This document shows, piece by piece, positions 31,901 to 57,230 of a stretch of DNA of 64,000 nucleotides (its first letter is position 1; each line of letters begins with the position of its first letter). The position numbers were made by a program, and so were the translations under genes. This DNA comes from Macrostomum hystrix. Lineage: Eukaryota; Animalia; Platyhelminthes. The stretch lies in contig CATNEN010000032.1 in NCBI GenBank assembly GCA_950097015.1, forward strand, positions 1,054,001-1,118,000, written 5' to 3'. Below the pieces are notes generated by a model. That model made no database searches and had not been told where the DNA came from. It was given only the letters and a program-made list of their open reading frames with translations.

Positions 31901-33450
31901 GGGGTGGGGGCGCCGCCACAGGATGGCAGAACGTCAGGCTTCTCAATGTGTATTCAACTGCTCCAGTCAGAGCAGCGCAGAAGTGAGCCACCCTGGCCCG
32001 AGCCAGTGTTTGAGTAAGACCCTCACTTTTTTCAGTTCTAGCTTCCGCCCGCGACTAGCTATAGGTAAAAGGCTCTTTCTGCCACAGCCCCCGTGACCTC
32101 CGCCCACCCCAAGTCCCCTGGTAGGTCTCATGCCATTGCAGGTGGCGCCAAGCCCCGCTCAGCAGCCCCGCTTCTAAGTAAAAGCAGAAGAAAGAACTTA
32201 GAAAAGAGAAAAAGTTATGAAAGAATGAAATTATCCACTGGGCACTGCGCGGAATAGCGCCGCCCCAAACCCTACCCCGATTGGCCCCAGAGTCTCATTG
32301 GCTTGGAGAGCCTTGGCTATGGATCCGAGCATTGGAAAGAACAAAAAGCACATACGCACACAAACACTGCTTAACCGTTGCCAAGATCTGCTTCTTATCA
32401 ATCTCCCACTGCTCTCTCTGTGTGGTCCCTGAGAGAACAAGACTCAGCTCTGACAGTGAAGCGGAGAAAAACTAGCAGCATTCAGAAGCACTTCGTCTAG
32501 AAAAGTGAGAGTATCTGCTCAAACTGCTTGAGTACAGCATCGAGCATTGCTTCGATGGGACCTCCCTGAGTGGAGCAGCTGTGGCGCACAAATATCATTT
32601 ACGCTTGTCAATCAAATTTGATTTATTTACAATCGGAGAGCAGAGACTATGTGGCTGTCAGGGCCCGGCAATGGCCATCATCAGGCTTCGTCAACAGCCA
32701 ACGGCGGGTTCGCCAGGCAAAGGCCGAGGTAACTCACGGACTCAGCTCTAGCGTAGAGAACCTCGCGAACTTCTCGATTTGCTTCACTTCCAAGCCATTA
32801 AAATCTGCGGAGCTGTTCTTTCCATTGAACTATTAGTGGTCACTTGCAGAGTCACGCATGTGCATATGAAAAGTGATTGGGATTTGAAAGCACCCAGCTA
32901 CAGTGCACATTAGGGATCCGTGTTTTCTAATGATTGTGTTTTGGGCTCCATCTCTTGCTCAAAATATAATGGCCAGCTAAGCTATGCTCTGACAACTTGC
33001 CTGGCCTGAGTTAAGTCTGTCCCGCTTGGCGCATAAAAATGCTCAGAATTGCGGCCGTGTCCTTCAAAACGGTCTTCCCCTTCCTTTGACAGTTGATGGC
33101 CCAGCCTACCCCCCTCTCTCTCTCTCTTCCATGAGAATGGACCCCCTGCATCCATGAGCCACGAGCGGGCGGGACAATATCCCATTACTTGCCAGGCGGC
33201 CGGGGCAATTAGCCTTGATTGGCACCACTTGAGTCGCCAGGAGGATGTCAGAGTGTGTAGGATGCTCAAGAAAAAAATTGTTCGTTTCCAAAAAGCATAC
33301 CCGGTCTGCCTGCCCGCCATGACACAGGTGGAGTCCACCCATGTATGCTGACCGAATGAAACATGTTTTATATTTCGTTAAAAAAGACAAGATCACTGGC
33401 TTGGGTAATTTGAGTCAGGTTCTCGAAAGAGAACGACAAGCAGTCAGTAA

Positions 33451-46421
<12,971 letters not shown>

Positions 46422-48261
46422 GATGGACACAGGGACTGCAAACTATTTAATTAGGAAAATAAAATTCACTGATGCCAATGCTGACAGTCAGTAGACTTTT
46501 TATTAACTTCTAATTAACTGAAATTTCAACAGATTTTATGTTGTCATATAAATGATGCTCTTTATCTGCCTCTCTATTTACTGCCCGCCGATCGGCTTCT
46601 AGATTGGATCTGCGCCGGAATACGAGCGTAAAAGCGCAAACAAAACAACTAATGATAAACTCAAAAAGCAATAAAGCAAGATAACAATTTCGGGGCGCAA
46701 ACCAATAGAAGCCATTTCGGTTGCATCTGTAAATAACTGGGCACTTTGTCTGTGACATACTGAAGTTTCTGCCTTTTGAATGAAGGACAATAAATGCTGA
46801 AGAGGTCTATGATACTAATAACTATTATTCCGTATCAGACCACTATTGGCCATTCCTTCCTTCGTATTATCCTGCCACAAATAACAGCAACCTCACGCCC
46901 AAGCCAACAACCCCACGCCAAATTTTCTCTCCCACCATCGATTCTGATTGGCTGAAGATTCTAAAAATATTTGTGCCGCTTTGCGTTGAACTTAATAACG
47001 AATAACCAAGGAAATTCAAACAGCTTCATTCATTTGCAGCATTCTTAGATAAATACAAGTTTAAATTTTGTTAAAGTTTACAAAAAAGTTTTTTGACCAT
47101 TACTGACGTGTGTGGCATGTACAATTGTATTACAAGTTTGCAATTTTAGTACTCCTGACTTTGGCATAGCCCTTACTGATTTGTTTTCTTTCGCGTGAAT
47201 CTCACACCCTCCATCTTCCCTTTATGTCTGCCGATTCGAATTATCCATTTGACTCCTTTGTCTTTTTTTGTCCTGTAATATTGACAAAAAAACTGATTTT
47301 TAATTTTCAATTTTCCAATTGTTTTTTTCTCTGGATTTGATTAATAATTCCTTAAAAGTAGTAAACTTTTTTAGTTGTAAAAAACAATGGTTTAATTGAA
47401 TTGTTTTGTTCGGACAATCAATTAAAACACAATAATTAAACACTTGTTACAGTGTCTTTATTTATATTTTCTCTGTCAGCTTAATTAAATTTTTTTTTAC
47501 TTTACTGTTTAAAATCTTAGTTTGACTTCCAGAACACATTTTATATTCGCGCACAATTTGTTATTTCCGTTAGTAAAACTAACTGGTTTGTAATGAAGCT
47601 GATCTTTTCTGGTGTACGCAATTATTCAGAATTTTTAACGCCCTAATTAATTGATATATGCACTTGCTGTCTAGTCCCGACTCTGATGTTGCTATTCCTG
47701 TCATTTAGTGACTACTTCCCTTGATCACAGCGAATTATTGAATAATTGTGCTTGCTTATTTGTTTTAATACATGCCTATTTGCGGGTTAAATTTTTAAGC
47801 CCTGAATCACTACGACATACTAACAAGAAATTTCATTCAATTTGCTGAAGAATCTCATCTTTTTCTGGGACTAATTGCAAAATTACTACTGAATTACTGT
47901 TTTTCTCTCAGGGAAACGCGAATTGTGTACTAAATTTACTCATTTAATTATTATTATCCAATTATCAAGCATGTCACTAAAAATGCCAGAAGGATAAACA
48001 CTTATTAATTTAAAAAAGTGCACACACATGCTGCCTTACACAGCCGATTGTGAAACTTGCGAAAACTTGCTGTCAAAATGCCGAAACCCAAATACAGCTG
48101 TTTCTCTTGCTTTTTCACTTGTCATGTCAGCACTTTAAACTTGATAAATAAACTGAGATCAAAGAATTCATACAAGATAGGACTGTGCATGCGCTGCAGG
48201 TTTGCGAAATGACCGAAATGCACAATTTGTTGCCATTCGCAACCTTTTCAGTAGCTTTTAC

Positions 48262-49622
48262 TAATGGGTTGCAATCCCTTCAGCAACCTGCACCAATGGG
48301 TTGCAATCCCTTCAGCGACCCTCACCAATGGGTTGCAATCCCTTCAGCAACCTGCACCAATGGGTTGCAATCCCTTCAGCGACCCTCACCAATGGGTTGC
48401 AATCCCTTCAGCAACCTGCACCAATGGGTTGCAATCCCTTCAGCGACCCTCACCAATGGGTTGCAATCCCTTCAGCAACCTGCACCAATGGGTTGCAATC
48501 CCTTCAGCAACCTGCACCAATGGGTTGCAATCCCTTCAGCAACCTGCACCAATGGGTTGCAATCCCTTCAGCGACCCTCACTAATGGGTTGCAATCCCTT
48601 CAGCAAACTGCACCAATGGGTTGCAATCCCTTCAGCGATCCTCACCAATGGGTTGCAATCCCTTCAGCGACCCTCACTAATGGGTTGCAATCCCTTTAGC
48701 AACCTGCACCAATGGGTTGCAATCCCTTCAGCAACCTGCACCAATGGGTCGCAATCCCTTCAGCAACCTGCACCAATGGGTTGCAATCCCTTCAGCGACC
48801 CTCACTAATGGGTTGCAATCCTTTCAGCGACCCTCACTAATGGGTTGCAATCCCTTTAGCAACCTGCACCAATGGGTTGCAATCCCTTCAGCGACCCTCA
48901 CTAATGGGTTGCAATCCCTTCAGCGACCCTCACTAATGGGTTGCAATCCCTTCAGCGACCCTCACCAATGGGTTGCAATCCCTTCAGCAACCTGCACCAA
49001 TGGGTTGCAATCCCTTCAGCGACCCTCACTAATGGGTTGCAATCCCTTCAGCAAACTGCACCAATGGGTTGCAATCCCTTCAGCGACCCTCACCAATGGG
49101 TCGCAATCCCTTCAGCGACCCTCACTAATGGGTTGCAATCCCTTTAGCAACCTGCACCAATGGGTTGTAATCCCTTCAGCAACCTGCACCAATGGGTTGC
49201 AATCCCTTCAGCAACCTGCACCAATGGGTTGCAATCCCTTCAGCGACCCTCACTAATGGGTTGCAATCCTTTCAGCGACCCTCACTAATGGGTTGCAATC
49301 CCTTTAGCAACCTGCACCAATGGGTTGCAATCCCTTCAGCGACCCTCACTAATGGGTTGCAATCCCTTCAGCAAACTGCACCAATGGGTTGCAATCCCTT
49401 CAGCGACCCTCACTAATGGGTTGCAATCCCTTCAGCAACCTGCACCAATGGGTTGCAATCCCTTCAGCGACCCTCACTAATGGGTTGCAATCCCTTCAGC
49501 AAACTGCACCAATGGGTTGCAATCCCTTCAGCGACCCTCACCAATGGGTTGCAATCCCTTCAGCGACCCTCACAAATGGGTCGCAATCCCTTCAGCGACC
49601 CTCACTAATGGGTTGCAATCCC
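48262..49622. repeat. 32-bp minisatellite with a near-palindromic core GGGTTGCAATCCC and two alternative tails, ~42 copies
   Basis: ACCAATGGGTTGCAATCCCTTCAGC followed by AACCTGC or GACCCTC. Confidence 0.95.
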
Positions 49623-49905
49623 GTCAGCAGTCTCTTGATAAGTTACAGTCCCTTCAGCACTCAGGAGTCTCTTGATAAGTTACAGTCCCTTCAGCACTCA
49701 GCAGTCTCTTGATAAGTTACAGTCCCTTCAGCACTCAGCAGTCTCTTGATAAGTTACAGTCCCTTCAGCACTCAGCAGTCTCTTGATAAGTTACAGTCCC
49801 TTCAGCACTCAGCAGTCTCTTGATAAGTTACAATCCCTTCAGCACTCAGCAGTCTCTTGATAAGTTACAGTCCCTTCAGCACTCAGGAGTCTCTTGATAA
49901 GTTAC
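49623..49905. repeat. 37-bp minisatellite CAGCAGTCTCTTGATAAGTTACAGTCCCTTCAGCACT, ~7.5 copies
   Basis: Abuts the 32-bp array and shares TCCCTTCAGCA with it. Confidence 0.93.
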
Positions 49906-50390
49906 AAGTCTCGGCTGCCAATCAAGCACTATGGAAATGATGTCGCAAATGTAGGTGCCCCATCTTACAAACAATAGTTCAGTAGGGAGCCAACGGCACA
50001 CTTTGAGAGCACTCACTTTAAATGCCGGAGTCGGCAATGCAGCTTGTCGGCTACGGCAGCAGTCTCTCACTGCCCACCCTCTCTTTTTAATTATAGCAGC
50101 AGCGGGTGGGCCAACCACACCAGTGCGGGCGATTGCTCCAATTCTCACACTCTCCACATCGTTTCACTAAAACTATAAAACAAAACGCATTCCCTGCGTT
50201 CGATGTGTGACATACACTACTGAAAATACTATTTCAGTAGCGAGTAGTGTATTTTTCTGATTACAAATAATTTAAGTCGAGAAAACATAAACGACTATTA
50301 AAATTGTTTCTATTTTCATGAATCTATGAATCTATTTTCAAAAAGACAAAAACACAAATGCGACAGATTTTGCACGTTTCAACCCAACTG

Positions 50391-52208
50391 TCAATCGTCA
50401 GACGATGAAGCTTCATCATTGCCAGCGGCCCGCTGGTGACCCTCCGCTAACCGAAGAATTCTGGCGAGGTCATCTTCGCCAGCGCCTCCACCGCCGCCCT
50501 CCAACAGGAGGCGATGAAAATCCAGCGGCATGGCGGCGACGGGCCGCAGCTCAGCCTGCGAGTCGTCTGTCAGGCGGCGAAACTGCGGCCCTGCTGCGGC
50601 TCCGGCGTTCAACTCAAGCCAGTCGAACAGCAGGGGGTCAGTTGGCGGGCCCCAGGGAGCCAGGTCTAGCAGGTGGCAGGCGGTGCCGGAGTCCCGGGTC
50701 AAATAGAGGTCGAATACGCAGCCCGACTCGGTCAGGCATGGCGGCAGGCAGGCCGGGGCCAGGCCGGACAGAAAGGAAGCGATGCTGCAACAGGTGTTGA
50801 GTAGGACGCGAAATCACTAGCGACAGTCCTCAATCACTAGCGATTAAGCCAGACTCAATCTCCCTGGCCACTGACCCCTCAGCCAGACTCAATCTCCCTG
50901 GCCACTGACCCCTCAGCCAGACTCAATCTCCCTGGCCACTGACCCCTCAGCCAGACTCAATCTCCCTGGCCACTGACCCCTCAGCCAGACTCAATCGCCC
51001 TGGCCACTGACCCCTCAGCCAGACTCAATCTCCCTGGCCACTGACCCCTCAGCCAGACTCAATCTCCCTGGCCACTGACTCCTCAGCCAGACTCAATCTC
51101 CCTGTCCACAGACACCTCAACCAGCGTCATTCTTCCTGTAAGCAGACCTTACAGCCAGCACCACTTTCCCTGCCCGCAGACCCCAGCCGCCCTCACCGGT
51201 CCAGCAGGCGGTCAGCCGCGGTCGGGTCTCGCAAATGTGGATAGCAGGCACCGAGCCGTCGTTGGCAGACGCCCAGTAGGCGGCCGTTGCGCCAGAAGCA
51301 GCGAAATTCGCCGGACTCGGGCACATCGGCCCAACGCCGCAGCAGCAAGCAATGACCGTAGGGCAACCGGCCGCAGCCGTCGCCGACACCGCAGTCGCAG
51401 CGACAGCCGGGCATTGCTCTAAGCAGATCGTGAGCACAGTCGTCGGACGATTTCAACAGCATGCAGACGTCCAGAAAGGTTTCGCAGCGCATGCTGTTGT
51501 CGAAGCTCACCCATTGGGCGTCCTTTGGCGCGGTCCAGGTCAGCTTGGGAAACGCGCAACCACCCAGGGCGGTGATGGCACCCTCCACCTGTGTTGAATG
51601 GAGGACAGTAGTAGCAATTCCACTGTCTCACTAGACGCAGCCTCGCCCTCACTAGACAATCAGCCTCGCCCTCACTAGACAATCAGCCTCGCCCTCACTA
51701 GACAATCAACCTCGCCTTCACTAGACGATCAGCCTCGCCTTCACAAGGCACTCAGCCTCGCCCTCACTAGACACTCAGCCTCGGCCTCACTAGACACTCA
51801 GCCTCGGCCTCACTAGACACTCAGCCTCGGCCTCACTAGACAATCAGCCTCGCCCTCACGAACCTGGGACTTAAGCTCGGGAAACAAGCTATCTGGATCC
51901 CCGCCCCTCTGCTGCTGCGCATCATCGCCACTGTCACTCAGCAAGCTGGACTGGTCGCTGTCGCTGTCCAAGTGGCCATTGGCCGTGCCACTGACGAGCT
52001 GTCTCTGACTGCCAGTTGAAGGCAGTTGCATTCCATCGGCTAGCAGGTAGGCAACAAAGTCGGCACAAAGAGGCACTGAAAGTGTCTCGGGAGCCACAGC
52101 ACGCAGGCCGCTATGCCAGTAGCGATAGTCGCAGGCAGCCAATGCTGAACAGGTGGCTGTAAGCGGCATAGTCGAAGCATGAGCTGCCACTGCTTCTGTC
52201 ATATCCAT
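50391..52208 (-). CDS. CDC123: Cell division cycle protein 123 (D123, ATP-grasp eIF2 assembly factor)
   Basis: Phase-consistent exons 51864-52208, 51197-51588, 50391-50784. Motifs 'FVAYLLADG', 'FPELKSQVEGAITALGGCAFPKLTWTAPKDAQW', 'LLLRRW..GEFRCF', 'CVFDLY', 'TDPLLFDWLEL'. Confidence 0.92.
50846..51115. repeat. Intronic 34-bp minisatellite CAGCCAGACTCAATCTCCCTGGCCACTGACCCCT, ~8 copies
   Basis: CDC123 intron 2. Confidence 0.93.
51628..51860. repeat. Intronic 23-bp minisatellite CACTAGACAATCAGCCTCGCCCT, ~10 copies
   Basis: Fills CDC123 intron 1 almost from the donor. Confidence 0.92.
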
Positions 52209-54391
52209 TGTGGCATCAGCTGTGGGCTTGGTAAGTCAGTAGAATATAGTATTAGATAGTGAGACAGCTAGCTTGAATACAGTAGATATTGAAATAAGTA
52301 AAGAGAGTCAAATAGATAGGGATTGTATTTTTTTAATGGAATTAGCTGGAAGGAGGTCATCAACAAAAGGCATAAAGACATACTCAAAAAAATTTACAGC
52401 TATTAAAACATGACTTTCACATGACTTTATTAAGTTATTTCATTTAATCTCTGTATAATTTAATGTCTATTTTATTTATTTAATTAATTTAAGTTTATTT
52501 AATGTCATTGGGGAAATGAAAGAAGTCAAACAAATGAAGTGTAGGCAGGCCACAACCTAACTGGGAGGCTGGCTTGATGAAACTTATTAAGCACTACCAA
52601 AAGTACCATAAACAGGGAATATATGGAGCAAGCCAGTCCTAAGCCCATTGGAGAACATCAACAAGAGTTATAGCGAGTGAAAGCTTGAAAGCGAGTAAAG
52701 TTTTAAATGACATAAAAAGTTGAATTTTTATGTCATTTAACCATTTAATACATCAGATATGAAAGGGGTAGTAAGTAAAATTTAGGCTCCTTTGGACATT
52801 CTATTAATGCATAGCAACTACAGCCCTAAAGCTTGAGCAACAGCTCCATATTATCATTATGTTTTCTGAGAAAATTCAAACTGAATCTCCTAATTCCAAA
52901 GTGTAAACAAAAATATAAAGTAGCTTCTGAAAGCAAGGAAATTGAGATTAATTATCATTTTGATTTGAGCAAAATATTATATTTTGGGAAGGTATTATAT
53001 TAGTAAAATGCAGCTATGCCCTATAAAACAAATTTTTCTATGTAACCCAATGTTGGCCTAATTAGTCTAGCAAGTTAACAAATTAGCAATTATGCTTAAA
53101 TCACAGATACTAGAATACTGCATGCCTAGTCTAGTCAGTATAAGAATAGGCCCTAATAATATTAAGAGTCATTTTATAATTTAAGTTGAAGTATAAGAAG
53201 TATTGCTAGTCAGTAGGCGAAATACTGTATCAATGTCAATGACAAACTAAGACATAAAAAATATTTTTCATTATCATTAAGGGAGATTCCTTAAGTAATA
53301 TAAAATATATCCCATAGGGTAAAGCTTATAAATATAACAGAGGCAAGTATGTAAGTATCGCTACGGCTAGCTTACTACTTTTTATAAACTGATTTATAGC
53401 GCCTAAGGATTCAATGGTTTTCGGTACAGGGGATTCCAGTACTGGGTAGATATCTGTCCCAGACATTGTAAAATCAAGGACCACTAGGTCTAAAAGCAGA
53501 CCAAAATGCCAAAAACACTAGGAATAATCGCCACAATCATCGCAATCTATGAATTAATCTATCACTAGTACCTAGTAACGTCATGCATTCTACCACGTGG
53601 ACATGCAACATGATAAGGTCGTTTACGACAATGAAAATTGTTTGACTATACAGCTGGAGCTGTCGGTATTTAGGCAAAAAAATAAATTATATAAATATTG
53701 TCTCTAAGTTAACAGTAATTACATATATGCATAACTTAAATTGCCTATACAACCCAGTTTTTGATCTTGATTCACAAATAATTAGTAAAGCAATTTTCTT
53801 TCCTACCTGATAGAAAGACCAGAGTGACCAGCTGATCTTGAATGCCAAGGACTCCTTGGCATCTACAGCAGGCCATTGCAATGGTAAAATAAACTAATGC
53901 CAACCATATGCGGACACTACAGCTAATGTACTAAAACTTGTAAAGGCTGTGATGAGAAGGTCTTAATTAAGGATCACATTAAAAAAAGAATGCTGAAAAT
54001 TCACGACTCCATGCATCCCCTCATGGGTTTTAGCTTTTAAATTCTTGGCCATTCAGCACTTCAAACTTGCACAATTGTGGGTGCGGGACAGCATGCAGAA
54101 TCCCAAAATTCATTTCCTGTCCGCAACTTGCCAGTCTTACACACTTCTTAATGCTGGTTGAGAAATCCGCATGCATGCATTTAACTGAGTTCTAGCTGCA
54201 GCAATAGAAGAAAATATATCCATATGTACATGAATAGGCAGCATTTACAGAAGTTCTGTCCGCGAGGAAATCTATTCAGCAGACTCAAGAATCTGTCTGC
54301 TTTAGCGCGCTTTCATTTCTAAGAAAGTCAAATAATAGCTCAGATGGCTAAGAAATGAGTAGACTAGGACCTCCGGCACTCTCAACCACAA

Positions 54392-54520
54392 GTCCCTACG
54401 TGGCTGAGCGGCCTAGCGCCTTTCTCCTACCAGAGAATGGTGCGCAATCCTCCGCTGGGATTCCACTGGTCCAGGGGCCGCGCGAGAGGGTCGTGGGTTC
54501 GAGCCCGCCCACAGGCAAGA
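54392..54520 (+). other. tRNA-like / Pol III A-B box sequence (SINE head or tRNA pseudogene)
   Basis: GTGGCTGAGCGGCCTAGCGC (A-box/D-arm-like, Leu/Ser type) and GTCGTGGGTTCGAGCCCGCC (B-box/T-arm-like), with a long insertion between them. It does not fold as a clean cloverleaf. Confidence 0.4.
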
Positions 54521-56794
54521 CCCTGCCGCGCACCTTGGAATCTGGCGGATCCTTCGCGGAGACGCAAGCCGATTCGGCCAACGCGTGGGGCATGGCGAAC
54601 TCGGCCATCCCGGCCAGATGGCTGGGGAATCGAGTACGCGACCTCTCACTTCCTTCGGGGAGGGAGGGGACGCGGGAGTCGAGCGGACGGAGCCATCGCA
54701 ACCGAGGCATTCGGTTCGACCTGCGGCCAGCTGCCTGGCTTAGCGAGTCGCTCCGCGGTCGCTTCCACCAGCCTTCATGCCGGCCCGGTGTTCGCCGCGC
54801 TGAAGCCACCAGCTCCGAAGCTGCTACTCATAGTAGTCAGCCAGAGGAGCGGCCGAAAGCCTGGCGGACGCCAGCTGGTGGTAGGCAGGGGGAGGCGGTC
54901 GGCCAAACTGCAGCGCAGCGGTTGCCGCTCCGCCCGGCCCGGCAGAGGAGATGGGCGCCCGCCCGCCGGCCAGACCGCCCGCGATTGGCAATCCGCGGAG
55001 CCGGCCTACAAATGTTAAGCAGATCGGCTTCCATCGGAGGGCCAATGATTGAGCAGGCAAAATGCTCCGCGGTGCGCCGTGGCGGGTTCGGAACGGCTGG
55101 CGACGATCAACCTCGACTCTTTTGCCAGGATTTGAGACCGTTGTGAAAAACAGGTAAGCCAATATATCTTAAATGACTTAGCGCGAATGTATAGACTTAG
55201 CTTATGGTAAGTTTCTTTCTCAGCGGCAACAGTGTATGAAAAACAAAATGGTCTTAAATTGTTGCCCCGGGGCAGTCTTTTATCGACACAGAGGTTTGAA
55301 GGATAACATAATACCCCCAGATTTCGTTTCTATGTTCATGGCTAAGGCCCGAGGATGAGCCTAGGCCATAGACAACTTTCTGGCGGGTTTTGCCATAGAA
55401 GATAACAAAAAACTCACTGATTTGATCGGCAACTGGCTGGGCCACGCTGTGGATTAAGTGTAATATAAAACCCGCCGAATTCCAGTTCTATGGTCGAAAG
55501 TCCGAGACTGCGTTTAACTTGCCCAGGCGAAGCCTCTCGGACTCGGACTTTGGGCCATAGAACCGGGATTCGGCGGGTATTTACATTAAACCTTATCAAA
55601 CACTCTATGCAGAACTATGGAGCTAAAGTTTTCATTTAGAAGGCCATAGAAAAAGTTTCATATAATTGGTATCCATGGGGTGGACTTTCACGAGAAATCG
55701 GTCATTCGGTTTGGGAGCTATCGTGAAGTAGGCAGTCGATAATTTAAATACCCCGCGGTCCTTCCCCCAGAGGAAAAATTGCGTTGTCTTTCTACTGTTA
55801 CGACGTAAACGTAAAACGTAAAACGTAAAAACAGTTTTGAATACTGGCCTTATTGTTCAAAATGTTATTGTTCTCAAATCGATAATTTCTTCTTCTGAAT
55901 ATGATACGAGCACTTGGCGTTTGCTTTTAAATAAAGCTTCAACTTAGATAGGCTTGAACTTTATAATCTATCCTAAGCTGGCTTAAGGGTCACAATCAGT
56001 AACTTTCTCTTTACTAAGCGTTTAGTTAGTCTACTACCGCATTAAGGAATTTCTACATAATTGTTTAGTAGGATTTAGAGTGCAAAAATAATTAAGCAGC
56101 TTTGGAGCAGCTGTCAATCAGATTTGTTTGATTTTAGCATGCCAGATTCGTGCTATAGGCTCAGTAGAATTTGTCCTCCCACTTGAGTCGTGTGCTCACT
56201 GTTCTCCATACGCCTGCAGTGGGACGGGTGCTCATGCAAGAATCAAACAATGCAGAGGCTATAGTTTAAGCACCTGTTGCAACAAGCAAAGCAAGTGATT
56301 GTCTCTGTTTGTCCACAGATACACACACACACACGCACACACACACACACAAATGAAGCGAGGGTGGCAGTATCTATGCAAATGTCTGCTCAGAGCTGAT
56401 CCACAGCAACTCAAATGCGTGCGAATGCAGTACTTGGGCTTAGTAAGAATTCCCGCCAGAGCTAGTAACTATGCGGAGATTCTTCCCCATTCTGGATTGG
56501 CTGAAGCTACTCGGGTCGAAGCTACGCGACTTGCAGAGAAAAACATTTTGAAGGAATGCTCAGAGTCGCTCAACTCTGTTCTCTCATTGAGTTGGAAAGG
56601 ACAAACAGCGCGACCACAATGCGCTGTACTTTACAATGGTCCGACTTGCCTTTAAATTGATCGTCTGCCTACCTCTAGCCTTTCAATAGTCCCACTTGGC
56701 GATCATTAGTGGGCTATTTTGGTAAATAGTTACTTCTAAAGGACGTGCCGCGAATAGACAATAGTCAAATTAACTATTTGACTAAACTCAGTAA

Positions 56795-57222
56795 AAAGCC
56801 AGACCCAGCACCAAGCTAGAGATACTCAGCCAGACCCAGCACCAAGCTAGAGATACTCAGCCAGACCCAGCACCAAGCTAGAGATACTCAGCCAGACCTC
56901 AGCACCAAGCTAGAGATACTCAGCCAGACCCAGCACCAAGCTAGAGATACTCAGCCAGACCTCAGCACCAAGCTAGAGATACTCAGCCAGACACAGCACC
57001 AAGCTAGAGATACTCAGCCAGACACAGCACCAAGCTAGAGATACTCAGCCAGACCTCAGCACCAAGCTAGAGATACTCAGCCAGACCCAGCACCAAGCTA
57101 GAGATACTCAGCCAGACCCAGCACCAAGCTAGAGATACTCAGCCAGACCTCAGCACCAAGCTAGAGATACTCAGCCAGACCCAGCACCAAGCTAGAGATA
57201 CTCAGCCAGACCCAGCACCAAG
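56795..57222. repeat. 31-32-bp minisatellite CAGCCAGACC(T)CAGCACCAAGCTAGAGATACT, ~13 copies
   Basis: Ends a few bases before the SVOP-like ATG. Confidence 0.94.
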
Positions 57223-57230
57223 CGTCCAGC

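Noticed and set aside
48262-49905. CRISPR-like array (palindromic ~32-37-bp repeats)
   Set aside because: There are no unique spacers (only two recurring tails), no cas genes, and the context is eukaryotic. It is a minisatellite.
54392-54520. Functional tRNA gene
   Set aside because: The acceptor and T stems pair poorly and no clear anticodon arm is present; it is kept only as tRNA-like.
54355-55146. 263-aa ORF and overlapping GC-rich ORFs
   Set aside because: Arg/Pro/Ala-rich low-complexity translations expected from high GC, open in several frames, with no recognisable domain.
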